DNA of 64,000 nucleotides from an uncultured Methanosarcinales archaeon (GTDB lineage: Archaea > Nanobdellota > Nanobdellia > Woesearchaeales > CAXGTL01), in assembly GCA_964535955.1 (NCBI GenBank), contig CAZHVK010000009.1:1-64000 (forward strand). Reading direction: 5' to 3'. The notes under the pieces are model-generated. The model was not told the DNA's origin. It saw only the letters and a program-made list of their open reading frames with translations, and ran no database searches. The translations under genes were made by a program, and so were the position numbers. Below, piece by piece: positions 8,181 to 18,897 of this stretch. Within the stretch, counting starts at the first letter, position 1. Every line of letters starts with the position of its first letter.

Positions 8181-10598
8181 ATGTCAAAAAAAAAGAGGTC
8201 AAAAGAATTTATTCTATGGTTTGATGAATTAGGTATAGAAGATGTCCCATTAGTAGGAGGAAAAAATGCTTCTTTAGGTGAAATGTACAGATTACTGACT
8301 AAGAAAAAAGTAAGAATACCTAATGGTTTTGCAGTCACAGCTTATGCTTATCATTATTTACTAGAAAAAGCAAAAGTAAAAGACCATATTAAAAAAGCAT
8401 TAAAAGGCCTTAACACACACAATATCAGAGACTTGGCAAAAAGAGGACAAAAAGTAAGAAACATAATTCTAAATGCACATTTTCCAGAAGAACTTAAACA
8501 TGAGATAATAAAAGCTTATAAAAAATTATGCAAAAAAGAAGGAACAAAAGATGTTGCAGTTAGATCAAGTGCAACAGCAGAAGACTTACCAGATGCAAGC
8601 TTTGCAGGCCAGCAAGAAACATATCTGAATATTGTAGGAGAAGCAGCATTGATTGATGCATGTAAAAGATGTTTTGCATCTTTATTCACAAATAGAGCGA
8701 TTTCTTATAGAGAAGATAAAGGTTTTGACCATTTTCAGATAGGATTATCAATCGGTGTGCAGAAGATGGTAAGGTCTGATAGAGCATCAGCAGGTGTCAT
8801 GTTTTCAATTGACACTGAAACAGGTTTTAAAGATGCTGTTTTTATCACAAGTGCATATGGATTAGGTGAAAATGTTGTACAAGGAAATGTTAATCCAGAT
8901 GAATTCTATGTTTTCAAACCAACACTAAAAAAAAACTATAAACCAATCATTTCAAAAAGATTAGGTGAAAAAAAAATAAAAATGATCTATGATCTTCAAG
9001 GAAACAAACCAACAAAAAACATAAATGTTCCTTTAGAAGACAGAAGAAAATTTGCATTAACAGATAAAGAGGTTCTTATTTTAGCAAAATGGGCATGCAT
9101 TATCGAAGATCATTATTCAACAAAAGCAGGCCATTTTAAACCAATGGACATGGAATGGGCAAAAGATGGTAAAAACAATAAACTATACATTGTCCAGGCA
9201 AGGCCAGAGACAGTACAGAGTCAAAAAGATTGGAATGTGTTAGAAAATTACAATTTACCTAAAAAATCACAAGTACTTGTAACAGGTAGAAGTGTTGGTG
9301 AAAAAATAGGTAAAGGCAAAGTAAATGTTATAAAAGATGTAAAAGATATTTACAGATTTAAAAAAGGCCAAGTATTGGTAACAGACATGACTGATCCTGA
9401 TTGGGAACCAATTATGAAGATTGCAGGGGCAATTGTTACTAATCGTGGTGGAAGGACTTGTCACTCCGCAATTGTAAGTAGAGAATTAGGTTTGCCTTGC
9501 ATAGTAGGAACTGTAGATGCAACACAAAAACTAAAAAAAGGTAAAAAAGTCACTGTGAGTTGTGCAGAGGGTGAGATTGGTTATGTTTATGAAGGACTTT
9601 TACCAATAAAGATCAGAAGAACAAATATTAAGAAACTTAAAAAACCAAAAACAAAGATAATGATGAACCTGGCTAACCCAGAACAAGCATTTAATTATTC
9701 ATTTATACCTAATGAAGGCATTGGCTTGGCAAGAGAAGAATTCATAATCAATTCATACATCAAGATACATCCTTTGGCATTACTAAATTATCATAAGATA
9801 AAAGACCATGAAATAAAAGAAAAAATAGACAAACTAACACATGGTTACAAAGACAAAGTACAATTCTATATTGACAAATTAGCAGAAGGCATTAGTATGT
9901 TAGGTGCTGCATTTTATCCAAAAGATGTTATTGTCAGGTTTTCTGATTTCAAGTCTAATGAATATGCAAATCTAGTAGGTGGAAAAGATTACGAACCTGT
10001 TGAAGATAATCCTATGATTGGATTCAGAGGAGCATCTAGGTATTATAGTGAGATGTTTAAACCAGCTTTTGTACTGGAATGCAAAGCTATTCGAATAGTA
10101 AGGGAAAAGATGGGCTTGACAAATGTCAAAGTTATGATACCATTCTGCAGGACAATTGAAGAAGGCAAAAAAGTAATAAAGATAATGAAGAGGCATGGTT
10201 TGAAAAGAGGAAAAGCAGGATTACAAGTCTATGTCATGTGTGAAATACCTAGTAATGTAATGTTAGCAGAAGAGTTTGCAAAGATCTTTGATGGTTTTTC
10301 AATTGGTAGTAATGATTTGACACAGTTGGCTCTGGGTTTAGATAGAGATTCAGAACTTGTAAGCCATATTTATGATGAAAGAAATGAAGCTGTAAAGTCT
10401 TTGATAAAATCAGTTATCAAAACAGCAAAAAAGAAAAAAAGAAAGATTGGCATCTGCGGCCAAGCACCATCAGATTATCCTGAATTTGCACAGTTTTTAG
10501 TAGAATGTGGTATTGATTCTATTTCTCTTAACCCAGATACTGTGATAAAGACAACTTTGGCAATTTTGAAGACAGAAAAAAGATTAAGGAAAAGATAA
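8181..10598 (+). CDS. ppsA: Phosphoenolpyruvate synthase
   Basis: VGGKNASLGEM, AVRSSATAEDLPDASFAGQQET, GGRTCHSAI (phospho-His), FSIGSNDLTQ. Confidence 0.97.
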   Translation: MSKKKRSKEFILWFDELGIEDVPLVGGKNASLGEMYRLLTKKKVRIPNGFAVTAYAYHYLLEKAKVKDHIKKALKGLNTHNIRDLAKRGQKVRNIILNAHFPEELKHEIIKAYKKLCKKEGTKDVAVRSSATAEDLPDASFAGQQETYLNIVGEAALIDACKRCFASLFTNRAISYREDKGFDHFQIGLSIGVQKMVRSDRASAGVMFSIDTETGFKDAVFITSAYGLGENVVQGNVNPDEFYVFKPTLKKNYKPIISKRLGEKKIKMIYDLQGNKPTKNINVPLEDRRKFALTDKEVLILAKWACIIEDHYSTKAGHFKPMDMEWAKDGKNNKLYIVQARPETVQSQKDWNVLENYNLPKKSQVLVTGRSVGEKIGKGKVNVIKDVKDIYRFKKGQVLVTDMTDPDWEPIMKIAGAIVTNRGGRTCHSAIVSRELGLPCIVGTVDATQKLKKGKKVTVSCAEGEIGYVYEGLLPIKIRRTNIKKLKKPKTKIMMNLANPEQAFNYSFIPNEGIGLAREEFIINSYIKIHPLALLNYHKIKDHEIKEKIDKLTHGYKDKVQFYIDKLAEGISMLGAAFYPKDVIVRFSDFKSNEYANLVGGKDYEPVEDNPMIGFRGASRYYSEMFKPAFVLECKAIRIVREKMGLTNVKVMIPFCRTIEEGKKVIKIMKRHGLKRGKAGLQVYVMCEIPSNVMLAEEFAKIFDGFSIGSNDLTQLALGLDRDSELVSHIYDERNEAVKSLIKSVIKTAKKKKRKIGICGQAPSDYPEFAQFLVECGIDSISLNPDTVIKTTLAILKTEKRLRKR

Positions 10599-10605
10599 AA
10601 AAAAG

Positions 10606-10983
10606 CTAAACAGAAACTATTTCTTCTAATTCATCATCTTCTTGCCCATATCCTGGCTTGCCAATCAAACCAACAACTTCTTTATTCAAATCAATATATC
10701 TTTTTATACTTCTTTTATATTCTCTGTTTGCATTTAGATAATCAACAATATCTTGCTCAGTATACTCAGCCCCATTGTCAAATATCATAATCTTATAACC
10801 ACTGTCAAACATATCATGCATTTCTCTAAGAAATCTATTAAATTCCTCTTCTGGTTTGTGATTTATATATTTAGAAGATACAAACACACTTATTTTTTTT
10901 TCACGATCAACAACACCTATGAGTTTAGATTCTTTATTAGTAGAAATCATTATAGGTTCTATTTTATATTCTAGTTCAGTCAT
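10606..10983 (-). CDS. Hypothetical protein
   Basis: ATGA-coupled ORF. Confidence 0.6.
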   Translation of the reverse strand: MTELEYKIEPIMISTNKESKLIGVVDREKKISVFVSSKYINHKPEEEFNRFLREMHDMFDSGYKIMIFDNGAEYTEQDIVDYLNANREYKRSIKRYIDLNKEVVGLIGKPGYGQEDDELEEIVSV

Positions 10984-11474
10984 TTTCTCTGTGTTTTTAA
11001 TACATCTGTGGTCTCAAAAAAAAGAGCATAAACTTCGCATATTGTTGGTCTCATGATATCTTCATCAGGATGATTTTCATATCTTTCTTTATAATCTTTG
11101 ATAGCTTCTTCATAAGTTTCAAACACTACATAAACCAGGTCAAAACTTCTTTCAAGATATCTAATATCATTTTTGTTTTTTTCAAACCCTTCTTTGATTA
11201 GTTCAAGACTTCTCATCTCAATAAAATAATTATGTCTTACATAATCTTCATCCATTCTATCAAGAAATTGTAAAAATATAGAATCATAAAGTTCACACAA
11301 TCCCCTGAATGCCATTTCCATTTTTCTATCAAGTGGCAGTGTATTAAGATAATGTTTTACTTGTTCTTTTTTATCTTTAATCTCTTGTTCTAGATGCTTA
11401 TTAAATCCACAAAAACCAAATTTCACAGACTTTTTTCTATACTTTTCTAAATCTACAACATTATCTTCAGACAT
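10980..11474 (-). CDS. Hypothetical protein
   Basis: Likely start MSEDNVV just after upstream stop. Confidence 0.6.
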   Translation of the reverse strand: MSEDNVVDLEKYRKKSVKFGFCGFNKHLEQEIKDKKEQVKHYLNTLPLDRKMEMAFRGLCELYDSIFLQFLDRMDEDYVRHNYFIEMRSLELIKEGFEKNKNDIRYLERSFDLVYVVFETYEEAIKDYKERYENHPDEDIMRPTICEVYALFFETTDVLKTQRK

Positions 11475-11475
11475 C

Positions 11476-11916
11476 TTACACATACTCAAATTGCGGTTTA
11501 ATCCCAGTAAAACAACAGAATGTTTCATAAAATGAATGTTTTTGATAATACATTTTATTGAGTTTAAACATTGTCATTATTTTATCAACCAAATTTTCAG
11601 CTCTTTGAAGAAAACTTGTATTTTGTGCTCTTGTTTCTAATTCTTTATTAACCATGTACAGATCATGCAGATCAAAAACAGTTTCTTCTTTTTTCATATC
11701 TTTAAAACTTTGATTTAATTCATATCCATACATTTCTTGCAATGCAAATACATATTCTTTATGACTATCAATTAATTCTTCTTCTTTCAAATGCTTTAAA
11801 TAATCATCAATTGATTTTCTTAACCTTATCCTTTCTACATCAACATTTTTAAGATATTCAGAAACATTGAATCTTCTATTTTTGTGTTGTTTTATTTTAT
11901 ACATATTATTATCCAT
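11476..11916 (-). CDS. Hypothetical protein
   Basis: GGAGG SD, first gene of a three-gene run. Confidence 0.6.
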   Translation of the reverse strand: MDNNMYKIKQHKNRRFNVSEYLKNVDVERIRLRKSIDDYLKHLKEEELIDSHKEYVFALQEMYGYELNQSFKDMKKEETVFDLHDLYMVNKELETRAQNTSFLQRAENLVDKIMTMFKLNKMYYQKHSFYETFCCFTGIKPQFEYV

Positions 11917-12017
11917 CTAAATCCCTCCATAAATTTCACGTATTGTTTGGAAAATCTTCATATATTTATAAAGCTTTCCAAAAAGTATATAAAGTATATG
12001 CATTTTCCTAGCTAACT

Positions 12018-12773
12018 ATGAGTAGAAATAAGCGAAAAAAAGCAAAAAAAAAGAGAAATAATAAGGAAAATAACACTGCTTCTTTAGAAGAAATAGTGCA
12101 AAAACAGAGTCTAAAACAAAGGATAATTGAATCTAGTTCTCTTTGTATAGATAAATTAAGATATAAATATCAAGTTGCACATAACATATTCAAAGATATT
12201 CCTAAAATAATCAAAGATTATGTTACTCAACCAAAGAATTTTGACAAAATAGCAGGAACAGCATGCTGCGTTGCTTTGCTTGGATATTGCCTATTATTAT
12301 ATGCAACAGATCCCGGAACAAGATATGAACAAATTAATACTGTAAGATCAAGTACAAATAGTGTTTCTTCTATGAAATCTAAAGGTCCTGTTAGTAATCT
12401 TATTGATAAACTTATACAAAATGAAAAAGATAGTTGTACAAGAGATCTAGAGATTATGAAAGCACAAGCACAATATAATCAATTATACAACAGACTTATG
12501 TATTATATAGAAGGTCAGAGATTAATAGACGGCAAATATCAAAAAACAACAAATTCTATAAGCCAGGTTAATTTTGGCAGCACTGAATATGAAGCAAGGA
12601 TATATGGTATAAAAAAAGCATTAAAACAGATAATAGAATTACACAAAAGATACAAGATAGGTGAAAAATCAAAAATAAACATAATGGGCAACATACTTGA
12701 AGATATAAGTGAAAATCCTGCTCCACAGCACTATAAACTCGTTATTCTAAGAAAAGAGATTAGAAAGATCTGA
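12018..12773 (+). CDS. Single-pass membrane hypothetical protein
   Basis: One hydrophobic segment IAGTACCVALLGYCLLLY. Confidence 0.6.
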   Translation: MSRNKRKKAKKKRNNKENNTASLEEIVQKQSLKQRIIESSSLCIDKLRYKYQVAHNIFKDIPKIIKDYVTQPKNFDKIAGTACCVALLGYCLLLYATDPGTRYEQINTVRSSTNSVSSMKSKGPVSNLIDKLIQNEKDSCTRDLEIMKAQAQYNQLYNRLMYYIEGQRLIDGKYQKTTNSISQVNFGSTEYEARIYGIKKALKQIIELHKRYKIGEKSKINIMGNILEDISENPAPQHYKLVILRKEIRKI

Positions 12774-12937
12774 TTCTATACACAATAAATTCCCAGATTT
12801 CTACCACTTTCGAGTAATTAAACACAGAAACATTTATAAATTGCGAAATTTTGAGCTTAGCCCGTAAGAAGGCAGAATTTTATGTTTTTATTTTATCTAA
12901 AAATATTCTTTCATGAAATGTGAAAGTTTTCGTTTTA

Positions 12938-13840
12938 TTATTTTTTCTCTTTTATCTTATCAAAATCAATGCCTTTTGTTACATGTTCTAATAGTTTGTA
13001 ATGATTTTCTTTTGAATTAGATGCAAATATGCCATAATAATTCTTAGGATCTTGTTTACCAAATACAAATTCATTACCTAGACAGTCTGTCATCATTCCA
13101 CCTGCTTCAGTAACAAAAAGATAAGTTGCTGCAATGTCCCATTCTTTTGTTATTCTTAGTTTTTGTTTTTTATGGTCCCATGCTGTAAATGTAAAATAAT
13201 AATCACCTACGCCGTGTGCAATCATTGCTGTTTTTAAAGTTGTGCTTCCTAAAGTTATTATTCTTGGATCATCTTTTTCATAACCCAATCTTTCCAAATT
13301 ATCACAAAATTCAGGATACCTGTCTTTTATTAATTCATTTGAACTAAGCAGAACAGTCATTTTATCAAAATCAGTTACATCACTAGTGAATATTCTTTTT
13401 TCTATTCCTGTAACTGTGTCTAAAACATAGGCTCCTTTGCCTTTTTCAGCAAAATAAAGCTTGTTTCTTGCAGGTGCGTATACTGCGCCTTTTATAGGAG
13501 TTCCATCTGAGATTAAGCCTAATGATATACAGAATTGGTCTAAACCTTTTGTAAATTCTCTTGATCCATCAAGCGGGTCAGCAATATAAACTTCTTTACT
13601 ATTTTTAACAAAAAGTCTAAATGTTTCATTTTCTTTAACTTCTTCGCTTCTTATAGGAACACCTGTGTCTTCTAATACTATCATTACTTTTCTTATTGCT
13701 TTTTCTGCAGCAAAGTCTGCAGCAGATATGATGCTTCCGTCTGATTTAGTTCCTATTTCAAATTCTTTTTGAAAATATTTTTCCATTAATTCATTTCCTG
13801 CGTTTAGAACTGCTTTTTTTAATAATCCTATTTGATCCAT
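12938..13840 (-). CDS. Inositol monophosphatase/CysQ family phosphatase
   Basis: SEE, IADPLDGSREF, EWDIAA...EAGG. Confidence 0.9.
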   Translation of the reverse strand: MDQIGLLKKAVLNAGNELMEKYFQKEFEIGTKSDGSIISAADFAAEKAIRKVMIVLEDTGVPIRSEEVKENETFRLFVKNSKEVYIADPLDGSREFTKGLDQFCISLGLISDGTPIKGAVYAPARNKLYFAEKGKGAYVLDTVTGIEKRIFTSDVTDFDKMTVLLSSNELIKDRYPEFCDNLERLGYEKDDPRIITLGSTTLKTAMIAHGVGDYYFTFTAWDHKKQKLRITKEWDIAATYLFVTEAGGMMTDCLGNEFVFGKQDPKNYYGIFASNSKENHYKLLEHVTKGIDFDKIKEKK

Positions 13841-13842
13841 TT

Positions 13843-14724
13843 TTACACCCTCTTGCTATCTCCCATCTTTGCAGGAATGTTTATTGAATGGAACCATGCG
13901 TCGCCATAATTGGTTTGCATAGAATGTATGTTACCCTTATCAACAGGAACTATTCCTTTTATAGGAATATACAATATTTTATCAAGATTTTCAATATTTG
14001 TGTCCATACCTACTTTATCAAAAAAATAGAAAAATTCATCTTTTTGTTCATGTAAATGTGCTTTTAATGTTTTGTCTTTAATAAAATACATCAAACCCCA
14101 TTGACAAGTTATTTCTGGTTTTTCTAATTTGAATTCTGATACTTCTTGTTTTAAAATCCTCTCTTGATCACCAAATCTAGATATAATAACTCCTTTTGGA
14201 GTCTGACCTATTTTAGGATAATCTGGAATTCTAGTTATGTTTGGTTGATCTTTGGATAAACTTGTTATACTATAAACACTATTATTCTTTAAAAAAACAA
14301 ATGTATTAGGTTTAACAATATATTCTTCACCACCAATGTCAATGACAGCATCTTCAAAAAAATAAAGAGCGTCTTCTGAATTTCCTTTTATATTTATTCT
14401 CTTTCCTTTTTCAAATTCTGAAACATATGTTATTGAAAAATCAGTTATTGGTTCTTGAAACATTAAATGTAATAATGGTCCTGCATATCCTTCATTAAGT
14501 CTGCCATAATTAACTCCTTTGTAAACTACTCCATCGTTTTTGTTTTGTAAAAGTAGATTTCCAACAATCCCTTCTAATAATTGTGGAGTAATTTTACAGA
14601 TCTCTGGTGTTAATTCTTTGAATTTTTGATCTTCACCATCAAGATTGTGTGTTATAATTTCACCAAACAGTTCTTTTAATATAAAATCATCAGTCATGTG
14701 TTCTAATATTATTGGTTTCGTCAT
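13843..14724 (-). CDS. Cupin-like protein
   Basis: C-terminal HLHEQKDEFFYF ... KGNIHS cupin pattern. Confidence 0.55.
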   Translation of the reverse strand: MTKPIILEHMTDDFILKELFGEIITHNLDGEDQKFKELTPEICKITPQLLEGIVGNLLLQNKNDGVVYKGVNYGRLNEGYAGPLLHLMFQEPITDFSITYVSEFEKGKRINIKGNSEDALYFFEDAVIDIGGEEYIVKPNTFVFLKNNSVYSITSLSKDQPNITRIPDYPKIGQTPKGVIISRFGDQERILKQEVSEFKLEKPEITCQWGLMYFIKDKTLKAHLHEQKDEFFYFFDKVGMDTNIENLDKILYIPIKGIVPVDKGNIHSMQTNYGDAWFHSINIPAKMGDSKRV

Positions 14725-15076
14725 TTTTAATAAGTTATTCTTAAGAATATATAAATCTTTTGATTTTTTAACCACTAATCAATAATAAATAAAATATGGC
14801 TCAAAATTTAACCATTCCAGGACAAGATTTATATATCCTCCAAGCACATCTTAGACAGGTAAACGTGAACATAAGATCAACAGTTTTAGAAACCTATTTT
14901 GAGCCGAGATGCTCAAAAATCCATTTCGCAAAAAATGTGGTCATATTTTACGAAAAAACCACTAATATGGCCAAATTCTAAGCAGAGAGGTTGGTCAGTA
15001 CCAACAAGTAGTAACCTTTCCGAAACATTTATAAAGCAAAAACACTTTCTATATCATAATTAGGGGGATTTATAAT

Positions 15077-15604
15077 ATGAGTAAGAAAAATGTGCCATTT
15101 TCTAGACTAAGAAAAGGTCCTGCTGGAAAAGGTAAATATTATACACAGATTCATGGAGATACTAGTTATAATAGAAAGAAATCTGAACAAGATGCTTCTG
15201 ATGAGATTGAGCAGGGTTTAGAAGATTTGGTTGGTGGTGATCAATGTGACAATTCTAAAATTGATAATCCTTTAGAATATGACCATGATACTTTATTAAA
15301 ATACCTAGAAACTAAGAATGTTAATGAAAGTATTGATCTTTTAGAAAGAGCAAAAGACCAACTAAAAACACAACTTCTTGAAAGTGCCTTGAAAAATATG
15401 AAATCTAGTGGAATAAAACACATTACTATTTCACCTTTTCCTCAAGACAATGATTCTGATCATGTTCATTTGACATCTAACCCTTTTTCAGAAACTGTTA
15501 ATCTTGAGCACTTTGCTCCTTATGTTAATAAAAACATTCTAAAGGAATATAATCTTGTTTTAGATTCTTTACAAAAATTGTATTTAAGAAGGAATAAAGT
15601 TTAA
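15077..15604 (+). CDS. Hypothetical protein
   Basis: ORF with SD and TTTATAAA box. Confidence 0.6.
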   Translation: MSKKNVPFSRLRKGPAGKGKYYTQIHGDTSYNRKKSEQDASDEIEQGLEDLVGGDQCDNSKIDNPLEYDHDTLLKYLETKNVNESIDLLERAKDQLKTQLLESALKNMKSSGIKHITISPFPQDNDSDHVHLTSNPFSETVNLEHFAPYVNKNILKEYNLVLDSLQKLYLRRNKV

Positions 15605-16329
15605 ACAGCTAGCATATATTTATCTACTTCATTATTACTTAAACCAGAAGCTTTTGCTATCCTACTTCTTACTTGTTCTATGTAAGAAGTGCTTGTTTCA
15701 AGGGCACATGGTTGTCCATCTTGAAGATCAATCGTAACTCTGTGCCTTCCTCCTGGTCTTGAATTAAAACCAAGACCCCTTGCAACTTTAATTATCTTTG
15801 AAATTGAATATTGGTCATTTGTTTGAGCTTCTTGCACATTACGATGTGGATTTACTGCTAGAGCCTTATTAAATTTTCTTGGTTTAAAACTTTTATCTAT
15901 AATATTTACTAATTTTTTTAATTCTTTAGAAAATCCTTTACATGATTCAAGTTTTGTTATTATGTCTTTTTTATCTCTTTCTTTTATTGTTTGATCTTTT
16001 AATTTCAAATATATACCTTTTATTGATGTTATCAAGAATTCTATCTTTTGCTTAAGTTTATTTGTTTCATCAGGTTTTCTTGTTGTGATGAATGTCATTG
16101 TTTCTTGATCTAATTTCAATTTAGTGTATTTTTCTTCTAAAAGGTCTATGCATGCTTTGAGAATGTCTAATTTTTTCCTTATCTCATATTTGACCATTGT
16201 TGGATCTGAGTCTTTGTCATTAAGTCTTTTAAGCAGATCACCAGCAGTCCTATTTATGTCTGCTAAACCAGAATTAAATTTTTTAAATTGTCTGCCTCTA
16301 AACCAATTTTTTATACCGTGCCAAATCAT
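15601..16329 (-). CDS. Coiled-coil protein with C-terminal HicA-like domain
   Basis: IIKVARGLGFNSRPGGRHRVTI resembles the HicA LGF...GSH signature. Confidence 0.5.
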   Translation of the reverse strand: MIWHGIKNWFRGRQFKKFNSGLADINRTAGDLLKRLNDKDSDPTMVKYEIRKKLDILKACIDLLEEKYTKLKLDQETMTFITTRKPDETNKLKQKIEFLITSIKGIYLKLKDQTIKERDKKDIITKLESCKGFSKELKKLVNIIDKSFKPRKFNKALAVNPHRNVQEAQTNDQYSISKIIKVARGLGFNSRPGGRHRVTIDLQDGQPCALETSTSYIEQVRSRIAKASGLSNNEVDKYMLAV

Positions 16330-16426
16330 ATTTTATCATTATAGGTAACAAATATAAAAACCTTTCCCCAACTATATATATTCCACTACATAAATCTATA
16401 TAAAACCTAAATTCACCTACATTCAC

Positions 16427-18892
16427 ATGTTTATAAAAAGAGTGATACTTAACAATATAAGAAGTTATATTAATCAAGAGATTATCTTTCATCAAGGTTC
16501 TACTTTGTTAAGTGGAGACATTGGTTCAGGCAAAACAACAATATTATTAGCAATTGAATTCTGTTTATTTGGTATGAGAAGAGACCTTAGTGGTTCAGCT
16601 TTGCTAAGAAATGGTGAAAATGAAGGATTTGTTGAATTAGAATTTAGTATTGATGGAAGGAGTGTGATAATCAAAAGAACATTAAAAAGATACAAAGATG
16701 GTGTCAAGCAAACATCAGGCTATATAATAACAAACAATACAAGAAGTGATCTTACAGCGCAAGAGATCAAAGCAAAAGTTTTAGCACTACTTGGTTATCC
16801 TATTTCATTATTAACAAAATCAAAAAACATCATGTACAGATACACTGTGTATACACAGCAGGAAGATATGAAACAAATATTAATGGATGACAAAGATAAT
16901 AGGGTTGATACATTAAGAAAGATATTTGGCATTGACAAATACAAAAACATCAGACAAAACACACTTATCTATATCAAACACATGAAAAACATAAGAAACA
17001 GGTTGAAAGGAAGAATAGATGACTTAGACCAAAAAACCATATCATTAGACAACAAGAATCAGATACTTGAAAAACTAAACCAAAGTTTGGAACAAGTAGA
17101 TAAAGATATACAAGAACTTGATTTTGATAATAAAAAACAAAAATTTTTAGAAATAGAGCAAAAATTAAATAAATTCAACAGCCTAAAAAACCAGTTAGAT
17201 ATATTTAATACTAAGAAACAAGAAAAAGAAATTAATAAGAACAAATTAGACAATGATTTATCAAAGATTAATAAGGAAATCAATGAATTCAAACAAAAGA
17301 TTGCTGATTTTCAATTAGAAAAACCAACAGATAAGACAATTGAACAATTAAACACAATCATCTCAGAAACCCAAGAATTGTTTCATCAAACAACCAAACA
17401 AAAGAATATTCTTGAGGAAAAATTGTCACATGTAAAGACAAGAATCATAGATCTTAGAAATGAATTGGAAACAAAAACTGATAAAATAAAAGATTTAAAA
17501 TTCAAAAAACAAAGTTTAGCCAGCCTTGAACAGGATTTAGAAGAAAAACAAAAAATTGAGCAAGAGATTGACCAGTTAAATGAAAAACTACATAATATAA
17601 ATCTTAGGCTGAATGAATTAAAAGTAAATATGACTAATTCTGAAAAACTTAAAAAACATATTGCAGAGCTTGACAAATGTCCTGCATGCCTTCAGACAGT
17701 TTCAATTGACCATAAATTCACAATCAACCAGAAAGAAGCTGCAAAACTTTCAAAATTAAACATTCTTATGCAGAGATATAATACAGAAAAACAGGCAAGG
17801 GTAAAAGAATTGCAAGGATTAAACAAAAGATTTGAAGAGCTTAAGAACAAGGAAAAAGTTTCTTCTCAGATCATGATTGAGGTCAAGAATTTAGAAGAAG
17901 TTTCGCAAGAGATTGATAAAAAGAAAAAAATCCTTGAAAATTTTAATAAAGAATTAACAAAAATAAATCTCGAACTAGAAAAAACAAATGAGATTAATCT
18001 TGATGATATGCAAAAACAAATCAATGATAATAAACAATTATTAGAAAAATTAAATGAATATAACAGCAAGTTAAAAGAACAAAACTATCTTAAAGAACAG
18101 TTGAAAGATAAGAATAACCAGCACACAGATCTCAATGAAAGAGAAAAAAGATTTACACAAGAACTGCTTGATATAGTGGCACAGATTAATGATTCAAATG
18201 AAAATTTAAAATCATTTGAAAATATACAAGAAATCTTTGTCAAAGAAAAGAAAACATATAATGAAATTGTAGATAAACAAAATGATTTATTTACAAGAAA
18301 AGCCAGCATTGAAAAAGAGCATGAGATGGTTTCCATGAATATTGATGAATTAAGAAAAGAAATACAAGAAAAAGAACAAGACAAGAAAAAAATACAATAT
18401 TACAACCAATTGCAGAACTGGTTAGAAGAATATTTCATAAAACTTACTTCTGTTATTGAGAAAAATGTAATGTTTTCTATCTATCAGCAGTTTAATGACT
18501 TGTTTAAAGATTGGTTTGATTTGCTTATGGAAGATGAAGCTATATCTGTAAGATTAGATGAAGAATTCACACCAATAATCGAGCAAAATGGTTATGATAT
18601 TGATTATGGTAATTTAAGTGGAGGAGAAAGAACATCAGTAGCATTATCTTATAGATTAGCACTTAACAAAGTTGTAAACGAAGTCCAGTCACAAGTTAAG
18701 ACAAAGGACCTTTTAATTCTTGACGAACCAACTGATGGTTTTTCCACAGAACAATTAGACAAAGTAAGAACAGTATTAGATGAATTAGATTTAGCTCAGG
18801 TTATAATTGTTAGTCACGAGTCTAAAATAGAATCATTTGTTGAAGATGTTGTGAGGGTTGAGAAGAATGAACATGTGAGTAGTGTTATTTAA
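16427..18892 (+). CDS. rad50: Rad50/SMC-family ATPase
   Basis: Walker A GDIGSGKTT, CPAC zinc hook, LSGGE signature, LLILDEPT. Confidence 0.92.
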   Translation: MFIKRVILNNIRSYINQEIIFHQGSTLLSGDIGSGKTTILLAIEFCLFGMRRDLSGSALLRNGENEGFVELEFSIDGRSVIIKRTLKRYKDGVKQTSGYIITNNTRSDLTAQEIKAKVLALLGYPISLLTKSKNIMYRYTVYTQQEDMKQILMDDKDNRVDTLRKIFGIDKYKNIRQNTLIYIKHMKNIRNRLKGRIDDLDQKTISLDNKNQILEKLNQSLEQVDKDIQELDFDNKKQKFLEIEQKLNKFNSLKNQLDIFNTKKQEKEINKNKLDNDLSKINKEINEFKQKIADFQLEKPTDKTIEQLNTIISETQELFHQTTKQKNILEEKLSHVKTRIIDLRNELETKTDKIKDLKFKKQSLASLEQDLEEKQKIEQEIDQLNEKLHNINLRLNELKVNMTNSEKLKKHIAELDKCPACLQTVSIDHKFTINQKEAAKLSKLNILMQRYNTEKQARVKELQGLNKRFEELKNKEKVSSQIMIEVKNLEEVSQEIDKKKKILENFNKELTKINLELEKTNEINLDDMQKQINDNKQLLEKLNEYNSKLKEQNYLKEQLKDKNNQHTDLNEREKRFTQELLDIVAQINDSNENLKSFENIQEIFVKEKKTYNEIVDKQNDLFTRKASIEKEHEMVSMNIDELRKEIQEKEQDKKKIQYYNQLQNWLEEYFIKLTSVIEKNVMFSIYQQFNDLFKDWFDLLMEDEAISVRLDEEFTPIIEQNGYDIDYGNLSGGERTSVALSYRLALNKVVNEVQSQVKTKDLLILDEPTDGFSTEQLDKVRTVLDELDLAQVIIVSHESKIESFVEDVVRVEKNEHVSSVI

Positions 18893-18897
18893 TCAAA

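Noticed and set aside
7911..8338. ORFs sharing MLRNLWFLTSQTDILD-type peptides (also 23971, 26546, 34212, 34297)
   Set aside because: Translations of the non-coding repeats; some overlap real genes in antisense
12845..12881. Short hairpin with CGTAAG after a TATA-like box
   Set aside because: Too short and AT-rich to support an ncRNA call
14798..14920. GGCTCAAAAT/ATTTTGAGCC inverted repeat and adjacent hairpin
   Set aside because: Only 10 bp, single copy, no target duplication
16492..18384. Many short antisense ORFs within rad50 and other genes
   Set aside because: Shadow frames of AT-rich coding sequence
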